A DNA stretch of 64,000 nucleotides from Schizosaccharomyces osmophilus (lineage: Eukaryota). The number at the start of each line of letters is the position of its first letter. Position 1 is the first letter of the stretch. This document shows, in pieces, positions 12,864-25,162 of this stretch. The notes under the pieces were generated by a model. That model saw nothing but the letters and a program-made list of their open reading frames with translations. It ran no database searches and had not been told where the DNA came from. The translations under genes and the position numbers were made by a program. The stretch covers positions 806,001 to 870,000 of the forward strand of contig NC_079240.1 in NCBI RefSeq assembly GCF_027921745.1, given 5' to 3'.

Positions 12864-12903
12864 ACCCTACCCTATAAACTATAGTACAACAACAGCAGTC
12901 ACG
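12864..12903 (+). promoter_or_regulatory. Ribosomal-protein promoter: Homol E (ACCCTACCCT 12864-12873) and Homol D-like (CAGTCACG 12896-12903)
   Basis: Known fission yeast RP promoter motifs in their usual order, 50-90 nt upstream of the rps17 ATG. Confidence 0.75.
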
Positions 12904-12952
12904 CACTACAAACACGAAATTTCACGGTAACGAATTCATCACAGGAACAGAA

Positions 12953-13414
12953 ATGGTAAGGAACATTGTGCTTGATTTCTTGAATCTGTCGGATGTGCTA
13001 ACTATTGAATAGGGTCGTGTACGTACCAAAACTACGAAGAGAGCTTCTCGCGTAGTGATCGAGAAATACTATCCTCGTCTCACGTTGGATTTCCAAACCA
13101 ACAAGAGAATTGTCGATGAGGTCGCTATCATTGCTTCCAAGCGTCTTCGCAACAAGATTGCTGGTTACTCGACTCACCTTATGAGACGTATTCAACGTGG
13201 CCCTGTCCGCGGTATCTCCTTTAAGCTTCAAGAGGAGGAGCGTGAACGCAAGGACCAATACGTTCCTGACGTCTCTGAGCTCGAGAAGGAGAAGGTTAGC
13301 GTTGACCAAGACACCAAGGACATGATCAAGGCTCTTGGCTACGACTCCATTCCTACTCTTGTCGTTAACCCCTCTGCTCGTCCTGAGCGCCCCTTCCGCT
13401 TCAACAAGCACTAG
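12953..13414 (+). CDS. rps1702: 40S ribosomal protein S17, 2 exons (12953-12955, 13013-13414)
   Basis: [46 protein letters not shown]; paralog number assigned from recalled synteny. Confidence 0.95.
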
Positions 13415-13650
13415 AGGATTTAGTAGATTTTACAAATCAAAATTTTCATTTTTGAATGTACATGTGTCTGCATTTATTGGAGCGTAGCAATAATTAGCCT
13501 TTGTAAATGTTGAAGAAAAGATAAAAGGAAGCGAGAATGCCCAGTATGTAGCAAGTTGATACGTTGGGTAAGTGCTTTTATGTAGTTGTATGCTTTGGAA
13601 AATCCGATGGTTTTGTAATCTAAAAATGCAATGATAATATTTTGTAGAAT

Positions 13651-14715
13651 CTATTCGACGTCTATGGATAACCCTTCTAAGGAATCCTGAGCAACAAAAT
13701 CTTCGGTTTTCAAGGGCCGCAGTCCCCCGTCGTCGATTTCTATTTTAATTCTGTCTAAATTATTACCAAAAGTTGCAAACAATTCCCGTCGTGGAACAGA
13801 CAATGCGGAGCGACATGCTTCTTTAATGTAAGAGCCAGACAAACCTGCTGTTGAAGCGACAACAGCATTCCAGTCAAAGGTTTCATCCAATTTTACACTT
13901 TTAAGATACAATTCCAAAATCTTTCTCCGTTGACTACTTGTGGGTAATGGGATAGAGTAAACCTTTGGCATTCGGCGACGAATCGCATCATCAATGTCTC
14001 CAGGGCGGTTGGTGGCACCAAGTACTAGAACCCTAGATTCACCTGTTAAGAGACCATCCCACATGGACATAAACTCCGCCTTGATTTGAGCCATGGCTTC
14101 ATGGTCAGTACGCTGTCGTTGTCTAAGAAAAGTATCAATCTCATCGATGAAGATAATTGAAGGTTCTAACTTTCGAGCAAGAGAAAATAATGCATCCACA
14201 AGCTTATTAGACTCTCCGAACCATTTATCCGTTAAAAGTCCTACGCTCACGTTGATGAATGTAGCGTTGCTTTGCTTTGCCAAGGCCTTTGCCAACATGG
14301 TTTTACCGCAACCCGGTGGTCCATACAAGAGGAGACCCTTGGGAGACGACAAAAGGTCACTATGTGTATTAAAGACTTCTGGATATTTCAATGGGAACAG
14401 AACATCTTGAAACAAATGATTCACGTGTTCGTCCATCCCAGCGATGTCGTCGAAAGCTACATTAATTTCGCTTGGCAAGACTAGCTGAGACGCTACCATC
14501 TGTTCGTACTCATCCAATTCAACCGTTTCTATATCTCGAACATGCTCTTCTGCCCAGTTGTCCAATTTCTGGCGACTCTTTGAGACAGTATCTTGTCGTT
14601 TTTGTCTGTAAGGATCCAAAGAAGAAAGCAGCTTACGAGCTGCATACCAGGAACATCCGAAAGCCAAAGCATAGACAGCGATCTCTTTGATCGTAGTTTT
14701 CGTACCGGGGTGCAT
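13651..14715 (-). CDS. yta4: Mitochondrial outer-membrane AAA ATPase Msp1/Yta4
   Basis: N-terminal TM segment, Walker A GPPGCGKT, DKWFGESNKL pore loop, Walker B IFIDEID, AEFMSMWDGL. Confidence 0.93.
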   Translation of the reverse strand: MHPGTKTTIKEIAVYALAFGCSWYAARKLLSSLDPYRQKRQDTVSKSRQKLDNWAEEHVRDIETVELDEYEQMVASQLVLPSEINVAFDDIAGMDEHVNHLFQDVLFPLKYPEVFNTHSDLLSSPKGLLLYGPPGCGKTMLAKALAKQSNATFINVSVGLLTDKWFGESNKLVDALFSLARKLEPSIIFIDEIDTFLRQRQRTDHEAMAQIKAEFMSMWDGLLTGESRVLVLGATNRPGDIDDAIRRRMPKVYSIPLPTSSQRRKILELYLKSVKLDETFDWNAVVASTAGLSGSYIKEACRSALSVPRRELFATFGNNLDRIKIEIDDGGLRPLKTEDFVAQDSLEGLSIDVE

Positions 14716-15466
14716 ATGTACTACTAGACGAGTTATTTGTTCAAATATACTCAGTACTGGATATTATAAACGTTAAGCGATGAATCAAAAACCTCCTAGA
14801 AAATCAAATTTAACGAAACAACGCAGAGATATGCAAACTAATACCTCGCTTCACTTGTTCTGTTAATGAATTAAAATACAATAAATTGAAAAGATTAAAT
14901 TGTTGTTGACACCCAGTTCTCTTTGGTTCACCAAGATGCTAACCGACACTTTTTGCTCTCTTCGCTAGCATTAAGTTTATTTCAAAGAGGTGTGGAGTTA
15001 TGATTCTGAAAAAAATCATAAAGAATAAAAAATAAAAACAAAAGCTTGGTATATACCAGTAAATAATCATACAAAAAGTCAAAGAGTAGTTACTGATTTT
15101 CTTGTTTCCCAGAATTCGATTTTTCGAACTTTTGTCTAAAATGTTAATGTTGAAAAGCTTTCATAAAAGTATTCTTGGTTGTGTAAGCGTTACAATACTA
15201 TCTACATATTTCACGACATACGCTTTATGCTTCAATTGAATTCATTATGTCTATTATAAAAAACGTGAACAATAAAGGATACATTCGTTCTTCTAGGGAT
15301 AACCTATACCGATACATTTTCTCAAGCCCAAGAGATACAATTAGATAGGCATGAGGAAAAAGAATCAAATCAAGAACAGTAAAATTTTGGTGAATTACAG
15401 AATCATTTCATTCGTAGCATGAAACCCAATTGTTCCATCTGGCCAAAACAAAAAAAAGCCAATAGT

Positions 15467-16213
15467 TTATTTGAAGCCGGAAGAAGATGGAGTGTCCCCT
15501 TCACTGGCGATGCCTTCTTCGGAATCGGAATCAGCATCGTTGGATGGATGAAGAACAGTTCGAAATTCATCGATGCCTTGGACAATTTTTTCAAAATTCT
15601 CTTTCCTTTGGTTCCACTTCTGTTCATAGTTTTTGTTTTCTTCCTCTAATTCTTGAATGGCGCTTTCTAACTTTGCAATAGATCTAATGGCCATGGTTAA
15701 TTGACGTCTTTAATAAGCAAAGCAGCCTCACATACTCTAATTGTTCACCTCTCGACCGTAATCCTCTTGCCATGATAGGTTTGGCAAGTTCATCATATTC
15801 TTCTTGCTTTACCTGTTCCTGCTGGGCAAGGAGTAAATTTTGCTCCAAGTTTGAAATGTCTTTCTGCTCTTGCTCATAATCTTGCTCTAGTACCGTTGTT
15901 AATAAATTGCCCAAATAAATTATTATTCTCTTAAAATACTTACGGGTTTTTTCCAAGTCATTTTGATAAATATTGATTTCTTTGTCATGGGTGTCCAATT
16001 GCATTTGTAGACGAAGCCAAAAGGCAGACATGGCAGCAAACTCGATTTCTAGATTCTTTAGACTTGCTTCATCTGGCTTTTCATTCGTAAATCCCAGACA
16101 GCGACTGATCAAGCGCCGTAAAGGCCTTTCCTCAACATTCAAACGCGAACGAATTGCAGCTTCTGCTCTTATTAGTCAAGAATTCATCCAATCTGATAAA
16201 TCTTACCCTCCAT
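15467..16213 (-). CDS. tho7: THO complex subunit 7 (Mft1-like), 4 exons (16213-16207, 16162-15944, 15886-15736, 15683-15467)
   Basis: Spliced [36 protein letters not shown]; three canonical introns with consistent phases. Confidence 0.85.
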
Positions 16214-16383
16214 TATTCGAGGATATTAAGTAAAAACAATTAATAGAAACGTGCAAACGAAGAAAAATGTACGAGTTTTGTTGACAGTGACTATTTTCGG
16301 TGCAGTACAGACTCCACCAAAGTGAATCTGGGAAAGCAAGAACGAAGTCCATTTTCCAGTAGAAGCGCCTTTCTTGCACTACA

Positions 16384-17196
16384 ATGTATTTGCCATTATT
16401 CCAAAAAACACCTGTGAGTGTATTCGTGTTTAATAATGTTGAGAATGCAGAGAAATTGCATCAAGAACTCATTGGCCAAAATCCTGCTTACGATTATGCC
16501 TTCATTGACGCTTCTAGTGTATGTTTGAAGATTCAAAAGGAAGATGAGAATTGAAAACTGGATCAATTCCCCTGTTTTATGGAAACTAACTATTGGTGAA
16601 CACAGATTGTATCTGTAAAGCAGATTTATAGTGCTACTATGCGTGCTCTGCAAGCTCAAGCGGATGGACAGATGAAATCAAAAACGTTGCACATGGAAGT
16701 CATTTTGTCTCTTTGTCCTAAAACAGAGGTTCGTTCTTACACATTTCATGATCCAATTAACTTGGCTGACACAATATGCAATAGATTTCCACAGCTCTAC
16801 GACAATTCGGCATGAGTAAAAAGTCCAAAAAGATTGTAGCTTTGAGAATCAACGGTGCTCCTTCAGAGGTATAGCAAAGAACTTTATGTTTAGATTAATT
16901 CACTCTTACTGAGAGCCATTTCGAAGCCCGCAAAATTTTACTAGGATTCTAACTTTATTGATTGTAGGAAGAGGAATTGGCACATGTGCTAAAAATAGTC
17001 CAAGGCACACATCTTCCTTTTAGCGACGAGACATTTCAAAAGCTAGCTGACATGAAGGTGGTAAAGAAGGTGAGTCAGTATCCACTAGATGGAACTTTTC
17101 TAATCCAAAACTTAGAACTATAAGCTAGATGTAGCCTCTATGCAGAACCCGACAGCCGCAATTTTATCTGCTATTGCTTTGCGAGGTTACTCTTAG
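16384..17196 (+). CDS. cgi121: EKC/KEOPS subunit Cgi121, 5 exons (16384-16518, 16606-16728, 16785-16868, 16968-17069, 17116-17196), 174 aa
   Basis: Absent from the ORF track. Manual splicing gives ..YAFIDAS|I..MKSKTLHMEVILSLCPKTE|ISTALRQFG..KVVKK|NYKL..; all four introns are phase 0. Confidence 0.9.
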
Positions 17197-18021
17197 TCTT
17201 CTGCTCGAGGTTAATCTATAGCAGGCTGACTGAAGTGGACTTTATTTCAAAGAGAAAATATTTCTTCTTTTATTTAACTAATTTTATTTGGGTTTGAATA
17301 TGTGCTGACCATTTTCGTCTTTCCCTCAGCAAAGCTTTTCAATGTTCACTATGGATGCAAACATAGAAGAATTTAATGCGATAAAGAAATTAATAGAGAA
17401 TGAAAAAAGGATTAAAGGGTATTTTGGCTTCTATTTTTGGTTTGTTTGATATTTTTTTTCTGTATATTTTTTTTTTACAAAAACCACCTTCAATATTCTA
17501 ATTTTTTGTAAATTAGAACTTTCTTTATAAAATTTATTAAAACCAATGTTTGCGTAGAAAAATCTGAATACAGGTTTTCATAAACTTTTGCGAACACAAT
17601 TTTCTTTACCACTACCAAACACACGTATATGTTTTCCAAACTTTGGCTTTATAGATTTGCTGGTTCAATATTACAGTTGTGATCGTTATTTCTCCATGAA
17701 ACACCAAATTGGGACTCTGTGATCCTTGCTTCTCATAGTAAAACATTTTGCTTTGGTATTCAGTGGTTTCTTGCGCTTATGCTGAACTTCATATAGACTG
17801 GGGAGGCTAAAGCATCGTCATTGTTTATCGCCTGTTTTGATCGTTTGCAAAACAGAAAATTCGTTTTACGCTCACGTCGTAGTAGGCCACATCGAGCACT
17901 TCAAGTGCTCAAAGAAATAAAAAATATCGCTATACCTCATACGTTTTATTCACTCATTTTTACTGTTTATCTTCATTAGAAAGATAATTATTTTATGTGA
18001 AACTGTTTGTGATTCTGTTCA

Positions 18022-18453
18022 ATGACTGGAGGCAAAATTGAAAATTCCTACTCGGTTATTGCAAGAGACTATCTCTATCCAGTCGGTCATGAGTTATTTT
18101 TTGGTTTCCATGCGCGTGACATCGAGAAAGTGGAAGAAGCTTTTGAAGACGATGGAGATGTGAATTATTCCGAGAACATAACCAGAGATGCGGGTATGTT
18201 TAGCATATCAAATGATATTGATGCTAATTACTCCGAAACCGAGGATTCGGACGATCCAAACACCATACAGGTTGTTTGTGATGCTGTTGCTCTATATGAC
18301 TTTGAACCTTTGCATGAGAATGAACTGGGCGTCTCCGAGGGTCAGACAGTATGCATCCTATCAGAAGTTAGTCATGGTTGGCTAGTTGCATACGATGAGC
18401 TTTCAGGAAAAAGCGGTCTTGTCCCGGAGTCTTACGTTAATTTGATCCAGTAA
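18022..18453 (+). CDS. skb5: SH3-domain protein Skb5 (Nbp2-like)
   Basis: IARDYLYP N-terminal motif; SH3 domain AVALYDFEP..NEL..GWLVA..GLVPESYV. Confidence 0.88.
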   Translation: MTGGKIENSYSVIARDYLYPVGHELFFGFHARDIEKVEEAFEDDGDVNYSENITRDAGMFSISNDIDANYSETEDSDDPNTIQVVCDAVALYDFEPLHENELGVSEGQTVCILSEVSHGWLVAYDELSGKSGLVPESYVNLIQ

Positions 18454-19038
18454 ACTTGTCTTATTATTTTTTGATTTTGTCCACGTTTGGATATCTGTAT
18501 ATTAGCTACCTAATGCACTAATCTGGAAACTTTTCGTTGTGTACGCTATCTCGTTCTGTCTATTTTTATATAACAAGTCACTCTTTTTTGCCGTTATAGT
18601 GTCACTCTTTTTGTTTATCCGCCGCGTCATGTCATTTTTGTTGTTATCAATGATATTATTAGAATGTTTAAAAAAACCCCCGATGGGTCTTTGCAGCAGA
18701 TACTCAAACACGATAAAGAAAAACAAATTAACCGTTTTGTTGCAACCTTCTAATAGCTTTACGTCTCCTAATCTCAAGGAGAAGGGTTAGAATGTACCGT
18801 GTTTTACGGGAGTTCTTTTCCTGTAGAGTTACATTGGTTGCTAGAATAACCGTAAGTCATAGTACATATCAAGACCAAAAATACCCTTGGTGTGTCTCCA
18901 TTTGAGAACGAACATTTTAAATTAGATGAAATGTTGATGTTAAAACCCAGGACGATTTGAGTGTATGTTGAATCTCATCAAGATTAAACTTTTACTTGAA
19001 ACGGTAAGTCGTACGCAGGAAAACAGAGTCGTCAATAA

Positions 19039-19760
19039 TTATTCAAAAAAGTCATAATTTATTCGTGAACGTTTAGGAGATATAAGGTCGACAAAGGCCG
19101 GCCGCTTCTTTGGTGTAGATGGAGTGGACTTTGCTGAGCGTTCTGCTGCAGCTCTGTCAATCCATGAGTGATCATGAAGTTGTTGGGATCTGTCTTGTAC
19201 AATTGAAAATAAAGATCCGGCAGGTGAACGAATTTCAGAAGAAAGAAAGTGATAAGTGAGAGGAAACCAAATCATTGTTGACATTGCTTCTGCTGGCTGC
19301 AGTCGGAGTGACCATTTCCAACTGAGCTGAATGTCTTTTGTCACTTTGCCGTTGCATATTAAAGAAATGGACTCGTCAGATTTTGTTTCTTCTAGCTTAG
19401 CATTGCTTTCTGACGAGACGTTTAAAAGTAGTTCGCTGAGTATTTCGATTAGTGTATCAAAAGTTTCAAAAGGATCAATTGGACATCGTTCTTTCTGATA
19501 TTGTTAGTCGCATATGTTTAGTAAAATTAGAATGAAATAGTAATCCGTATTCCAGAGTCACTGCTTTCTGCAATGGAAGAAGAGGGTGACGAGCGACGTA
19601 CCTCTGCTTGTTCGATAGTTTGGTCCTTTGAGTATGAGCATCCCCATAGCCTTGTTAGATCAGTGATGGAAATTTTCATAACATAGTCTGAACCCTCAGA
19701 ATTAAAATGAGCTCGGATAAAATGATAGTTATGACCACGTAATTGCGTCCAGTTAGACAT
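19039..19760 (-). CDS. xlf1: XRCC4-like NHEJ factor Xlf1, 2 exons (19760-19602, 19494-19039)
   Basis: W-containing N-terminus, ITDLTRLW and W-K-W head-domain motifs; phase-0 intron GTACGT..GACTAAC..CAG; recalled synteny. Confidence 0.82.
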
Positions 19761-20065
19761 GAAACCCAGAAATTAATTCAAACTCTTTGGCGGTTGCTTT
19801 AACGTCGGTAACGTTTTACTCAACTTGTCTGGGTGTTTTATAACAATTAAAGTGTTGATTTTATATCTAAGCAACTAAGTAAAGTATTTGATAGCTGTGT
19901 TTGAATTTGTGTCTTAAGGTAGTGGTCATTCTAGGAATGCATGAAAGACAATGTTAATTATGCCAAAACTAATCCGAAATTATTAAGATATATAAAAGGA
20001 CATCGCAAACTTTTCCAAAATAACAAGAGTAATTGCTAGGATGAGTAAAAAGAATAAAAAAAAGC

Positions 20066-20138
20066 TGATCCCGCCAGGAGTCGAACCTGGAATCTCCTGA
20101 TCCGTAGTCAGGCGCCTTGACCATTGGGCCACGAGACC
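20066..20138 (-). tRNA. tRNA-Arg(ACG)
   Basis: GGTCTCGTGGCCCAATGG..CCTGA-CT-ACG-GA-TCAGG..GGTTCGACTCC cloverleaf followed by an oligo-T terminator. Confidence 0.95.
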
Positions 20139-20932
20139 ATACTTAATGACTTCGCTTTCCATGTATCAACTTTCCTAAATGGTAGATTTCTCAAATGGAA
20201 GCCCAAAAACATTTGGAAAACTACATTGTACGAAACATATAAGTAGTCAGAAAGACGTCAAACTCTCGAGATAACTAAAGTATTCTTCCTACGAAAATCT
20301 TTCGCGAGTATCCTGTATAATAATGCATCGAACAGCAACCAGTCTTTTCCAGCGATGATATACAGGTACCGCAAGCAAGTACACGAACTGGAGGATGGAA
20401 AGGTAACAATGTTGTTTATTTAATATTAGTATATCGAATAGTAGTATTATACGAGTTTTTATATAAGTATATATGCACGAAACAAACTATGACATCGCTT
20501 CATGGAGAAACAGCTTTAGAGGGCCCAATCCGTTCGTTGTTGTTTGTTTTGTATGCTCATTTTTTAATTGTTGTTTCTCCAACTTTCTAGTTGATCCTTT
20601 TGCATAAATTGAGGTTCGTTTGGGCTCCGTAGCAAATATTCGTTGGTCGGTCCTCTACTTGCAATCCTTCGAGTTTATCCTGTTTCTCTTGAGATTAGGA
20701 CGGTAAAAAAAAATCCAGCTCTATTACTGCATCTAAAATTTCGGATCATTTTGTCCTTGTTTGGTAGCGTTGATGATACATTGGGGGATATTTCTTGAAT
20801 AGACTCAACGGTTCTTGGAACATACTATATATCTTTACATTTCTTGCTATTGCTTCTTTTTTGTTTTTTCTTCGATTGTGCTCTGTTAAATTTTGCTAAA
20901 GCGGCTTTCTGAATCTTGTTTCTTGTACGATT

Positions 20933-22339
20933 ATGGGCGTACCAACACTTTTGAGTCATGTAGAGGTCAATGATCCTATGGAGATCGATTCTATTATTGA
21001 TTCTATCAACAAGGACCGTTCGGAAAACAAATATGCTTCGTCTCGTCCCCCGTCATTGTCACAAATCTTACCAAAGCTAGACTCGATATCGTTTGCTTCT
21101 CCCAAAGCAAAGGAAATTCTAAGACCTCAAGGTTTGTTTATCGTGGACACAAACTTTCTCTTATCACATCTTGTTTTATGTCAAAATCTCCTGGAAGTAC
21201 TTTCTAGGCAGTTTCCCCATATAGTGATCCTCCTTCCTTGGGTGGTGCTTCAAGAGCTAGACGGGTTGAAATCAGATACCAAAGCATCGTGCGGTTACTT
21301 GGCTAGGCAAGCTCATGATTTTCTGTTACAATGCTTTCGTGCCAGCCTTCCAAACTTGCGCGGTCAAAAGCTTCACGAAAGGTGCTCTGCAAGTGAGTCA
21401 GGAGATAATGCAGTATTGGATTGCTGTGTTTATTTTCAGGACGAAAAATTGACACCTGTCAATCTATTGTCAGACGATAAAAATCTTTGCATCAAAGCAG
21501 CCGTACATCACGTTTCATCACAGAGTTACTCCAAAACCACAGATCCGATTTCTTTGGTTCGTGAAGCTTTTCCTTCAATAGATGTACCTGTTCAGTCCGC
21601 CGAGTTAGAGCATCCCCGTATGGAAATTGATACTTCTCTCGCCCCTACAACTCAGCAAAAAAGTCTTTCGTTTACTGAAAACCTTCAACCCAGTTTAGCT
21701 ATCGACATGCCTATGGATGCATCTCGTGACAAGTCAACTTGGGGATCTCGGTACGCACACTTTTCAGCTGTGCAAAGTCAAACTCAAAATTCACGTCCAA
21801 TGTCCCCTTCTCAATATGTTCCCTATACTTACACATTGCTAACCAAGGATCAAATTCTACATGCCTCTCATCCCCGGGCTAGCAAACTAATCGACCAAAT
21901 TACAAAAGTTTTAGTGGAAGAAACAGCTTTCTTATTGTCGATGAACTTGACAAATCTATGGGGAGATTATCGTCTGGCTATGAAAAAGTTACTAGCCTCT
22001 TCAAGTTTCCCGCCAGAAAGCATTCATGATGTTGCTAATGAACTCTATATTCATTGGTATACTTGCTTTGATGGATACGTGCCATCAGGTGACCGAAAAT
22101 TCTTAAAAGCAAAAGCATCCAAGTGGGACGAATGGTTTATGTGGGCAGAAACTGGTTTAGGGATCGGGCCCAGATGCCAAGAAGAGTTCACAGAAACCAT
22201 TTTGTATTGGTCGAACCTTTGGTCCATCATGAGTCGCAAGGAAGTTCTAGAGGATAAAGCTACCGAATACGTTGTTTTTAGGGAAGAAAATATAGAAAAA
22301 TGGGTTCAACGGTCTATGCGTTCAGCAATTTTATCATAA
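20933..22339 (+). CDS. swt1: PIN-domain RNA endonuclease Swt1
   Basis: FIVDTNFLLSHL, PWVVLQELDGLK, DNAVLDCC and LLSDDKNL PIN motifs. Confidence 0.88.
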   Translation: MGVPTLLSHVEVNDPMEIDSIIDSINKDRSENKYASSRPPSLSQILPKLDSISFASPKAKEILRPQGLFIVDTNFLLSHLVLCQNLLEVLSRQFPHIVILLPWVVLQELDGLKSDTKASCGYLARQAHDFLLQCFRASLPNLRGQKLHERCSASESGDNAVLDCCVYFQDEKLTPVNLLSDDKNLCIKAAVHHVSSQSYSKTTDPISLVREAFPSIDVPVQSAELEHPRMEIDTSLAPTTQQKSLSFTENLQPSLAIDMPMDASRDKSTWGSRYAHFSAVQSQTQNSRPMSPSQYVPYTYTLLTKDQILHASHPRASKLIDQITKVLVEETAFLLSMNLTNLWGDYRLAMKKLLASSSFPPESIHDVANELYIHWYTCFDGYVPSGDRKFLKAKASKWDEWFMWAETGLGIGPRCQEEFTETILYWSNLWSIMSRKEVLEDKATEYVVFREENIEKWVQRSMRSAILS

Positions 22340-22365
22340 AGATAAGAATGAGAATTTACTAGAAC

Positions 22366-22749
22366 TTATGCATTTGATTTTTCCTTTCGCTCCTCAATCA
22401 TATTGTTTACAGCACCCATCACCTTTGTAAAAGCTGATAGAATTTCCGGATCATTGGGAAACTCCCCTTGAAGAGTAACACTACAAAATGCTTGAATTTG
22501 ATACCGTTTCGAAAGTATTCTCGACATCCTTCTTGAAAGGTCGTCAATAGATCCAACTCCTACTAAATCAGTGGTAGCCGTATCCTCTCCCATGGGTACG
22601 CCAAGCGTCAAATTTCCAGACGGACAAGATCCACTGTTGCTTGCCCAGACATAAATTGAGGATGAAGGAAGCATTTCCACAAGCTGAATCCACACATGGG
22701 GAGCCCCCTGAATACTTGTTTCAAGAACCTTTTGACTTATTTCAAACAT
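22366..22749 (-). CDS. Probable proteasome assembly chaperone 4 (PAC4-like)
   Basis: 127 aa; SIYVW..GNLTLGVP..TTDLVG..SRRMSRILSKRYQIQAFCS resembles the PAC4 pattern. Confidence 0.65.
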   Translation of the reverse strand: MFEISQKVLETSIQGAPHVWIQLVEMLPSSSIYVWASNSGSCPSGNLTLGVPMGEDTATTDLVGVGSIDDLSRRMSRILSKRYQIQAFCSVTLQGEFPNDPEILSAFTKVMGAVNNMIEERKEKSNA

Positions 22750-23184
22750 CTTAGCTGTAACCCAATTGGTTTGTTTTTTCTTCGTAAAAATCGATTCTTG
22801 TTATATGATACGACACGTTTAAGAAACTCTTCGTAAGGTAGCAATTCCAATTTCGTGAACCGTCCTAAAACTGGTGAACGAGTCCTTTATTATAATGAAA
22901 ATTTTCTTCGACAAGAACCGCTTTGACCGTATTGTTGTTTAAACCATGGTACAGTGTATACCCACTACGAAGTTGGTTTCGTATAGGAAATCCATATAAC
23001 GAATGTTGATACAGTCTGTATTATTATTTTTGTGATTGGTAAAAAGCGTATCGCTAAAAAAGATACTGTAAAGCAGTCGGAAATGCTAAATGCCTTTGTT
23101 TACATTTTCTACTAGGTACCAGTTTCCTTCCACCAACAACGTCGCTTTGAAGAAGACAAATTGTTGCTTTTTGTCACAAGGAAA

Positions 23185-23948
23185 ATGGTGTCTTTAAATA
23201 CGATAAAACTCGTTTTTTGGGTTTCTCTTTTTTCTATTGTTTTTGGACACGGAATCCATTTACCACCTCATCAAACTGGTATGTTAGTGTATTTCAATGA
23301 CTGTTTAGTTTCGCCCTGCTAAGTTTTCAGAATGCTTTTATGAAAATTTAAGAACAAATGATAAAATGTCGGTTACGTATCAAACCAACCTGGGTGGAGA
23401 TCAGCTTGTTTCCTTGAGTGTCTATAATCCTCTTAATCAACTTATGCATCAAGAAGTTCCAAGTGCTATGTCACAGTATTCGTTTACTGTTGAAACCCCA
23501 GGGAAGTATAAGTACTGCTTTAAAAATGTAAGTGTAAATAAGCAAATCACCGAAAAGGGATAGTACGGCTGAAGTGTGTTTCGTTCTTTTTGGGCTTTTT
23601 CAAGCTGTGCACCGTGCTGAAACTAACCTTTATTTTAAGGATGCTTTGGATAACGAGGCTAAAGAAGTTTTATTTAACGTTCATGGAGTTATCTATGTTT
23701 CTGATGAAGATTTAGAAGCAAACAATCCTTTGATCGGAAAAGTTCGCAACCTTCACGATACTATTTCTCGAGTCAAATCTGAGCAAGAATATTTCCTTGC
23801 TCGTGAACGCGTTCACCGAGATACAGCCGAAAGTACGAATGACCGCGTTAAATGGTGGAGTATTCTTCAAACTGTTATTTTATTGTCCGTCTGTGGTTTT
23901 CAAATTATCTACCTGAAACGTCTCTTTGAAGTGAAGCGTGTTGTATAA
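23185..23948 (+). CDS. emp24: p24/Emp24 COPII cargo receptor, 3 exons (23185-23278, 23331-23527, 23640-23948)
   Basis: Signal peptide, ECFYE, GKYKYCF GOLD domain, HRDTAESTNDRVKWWS, TM segment and FEVKRVV tail. Confidence 0.93.
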
Positions 23949-24599
23949 GTTCTGTGTTTCCAAAAGCGCTGATGCATACCCGACTTGTTGTGTCTAAGTA
24001 TTAAGCGAAAACTGTTTTCGAGACGTATCATCCGATCATCTTTACGAAAGAATTGAAACATAGATTGAGGGAGGTACACTATTTAGAATAATAAAGGAAA
24101 TGTTGAATCTGTTCTCCTTCATCATGGTTCTATAGGCGTTGAGTTATGTTAATCATTCAAGCAACTCTTGATCAGTTCTATTCTTTCTTTAAATTATGAA
24201 ATCTTTTACTGCGATTAATACATATCTTTTTCCTGTCAATCCCATTTTCTTTTTGATCATTACCCCATTGTGCAAAAGTCTGGCATGGTGAAGCAGAACA
24301 GTTTCCCATAATAGAGTTGAAAAGGTGTTTATTTGCTGGTTTTTTTTTTTAAAATTGGCTGCGTGATATGAACATGTCTGTTACCACTTAAACTGATCAT
24401 AAGCAAGAGTTCTTCGTTATTTAAATTCAAGGAGTGAGAATAGAGTATTATTAAATTTTAAAGTGTTTTCTCTTGCTTATAGTTTGTTTTTCAATGCCTT
24501 TTTACTTTGGGCAACTTTGAATTGTTACTTGGTGGTTGTCACTTGTATAAATATAGATGGCAAAACTTTTCTTGTATTTGGATTAAACCAATTGCAAGT

Positions 24600-25162
24600 A
24601 TGCCTCAAGGAGAAGTAAAGAAGAAAGGCCCACAGAATACTAAGAATGCTCACAAAATTTCTAAACAAAAGAAGAATGTGAAGAAAGGAGGTAAGTGTCT
24701 GTCAGGGCGTAAGAATGGGTTTTGTTGGTAAAAGTATTTGTTGGTTATCTGGAGTCATTGTTCGGATTCACGAAGGATTGTGTATGATAATTTATGCCAT
24801 AGTGAAAAAACGAGGTGAATTTACTGCTGTAGCGTCAGATAGCATGTCTATTTTTACCACAAAACATTGCCCTGCTCAAACTGAATGGAATTTATACTAA
24901 CTTTAGTTTAGCCCGTTATTTTGCTCCTAGAAAAGCTGCTGCAGTCAAAGATCATTTGGCTAATGAGGTAAGTTGTCGATTTTTGTTTAATGACTATAAA
25001 GTTGAATGTTTCTGACCTTTTTTATAGGGTATTACCAAGACCATTAACACTCGGAACGAACGCATGGCTGCTGGACTTGCCAGTCAGCAGTTGGGTACAT
25101 TGACAGTTACCAAAAGCTTGGGAGACGATGCTCTCAAAGAATTGAAAGAACAGAAGCGTTAA
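24600..25162 (+). CDS. Small basic protein, Leydig cell tumor 10 kDa/UPF0390 family, 3 exons (24600-24690, 24912-24967, 25028-25162), 93 aa
   Basis: Spliced MPQGEVKKK..KKG|ARYFAPRK..|GITKTINTRNERMAA..GTLTVTK. Confidence 0.85.

Noticed and set aside
24784..24884. C/D-box snoRNA in the 221-nt intron (ATGATAA..CTGA)
   Set aside because: Imperfect box C, no terminal stem and no convincing rRNA guide; the whole-intron hairpin explains the sequence better.
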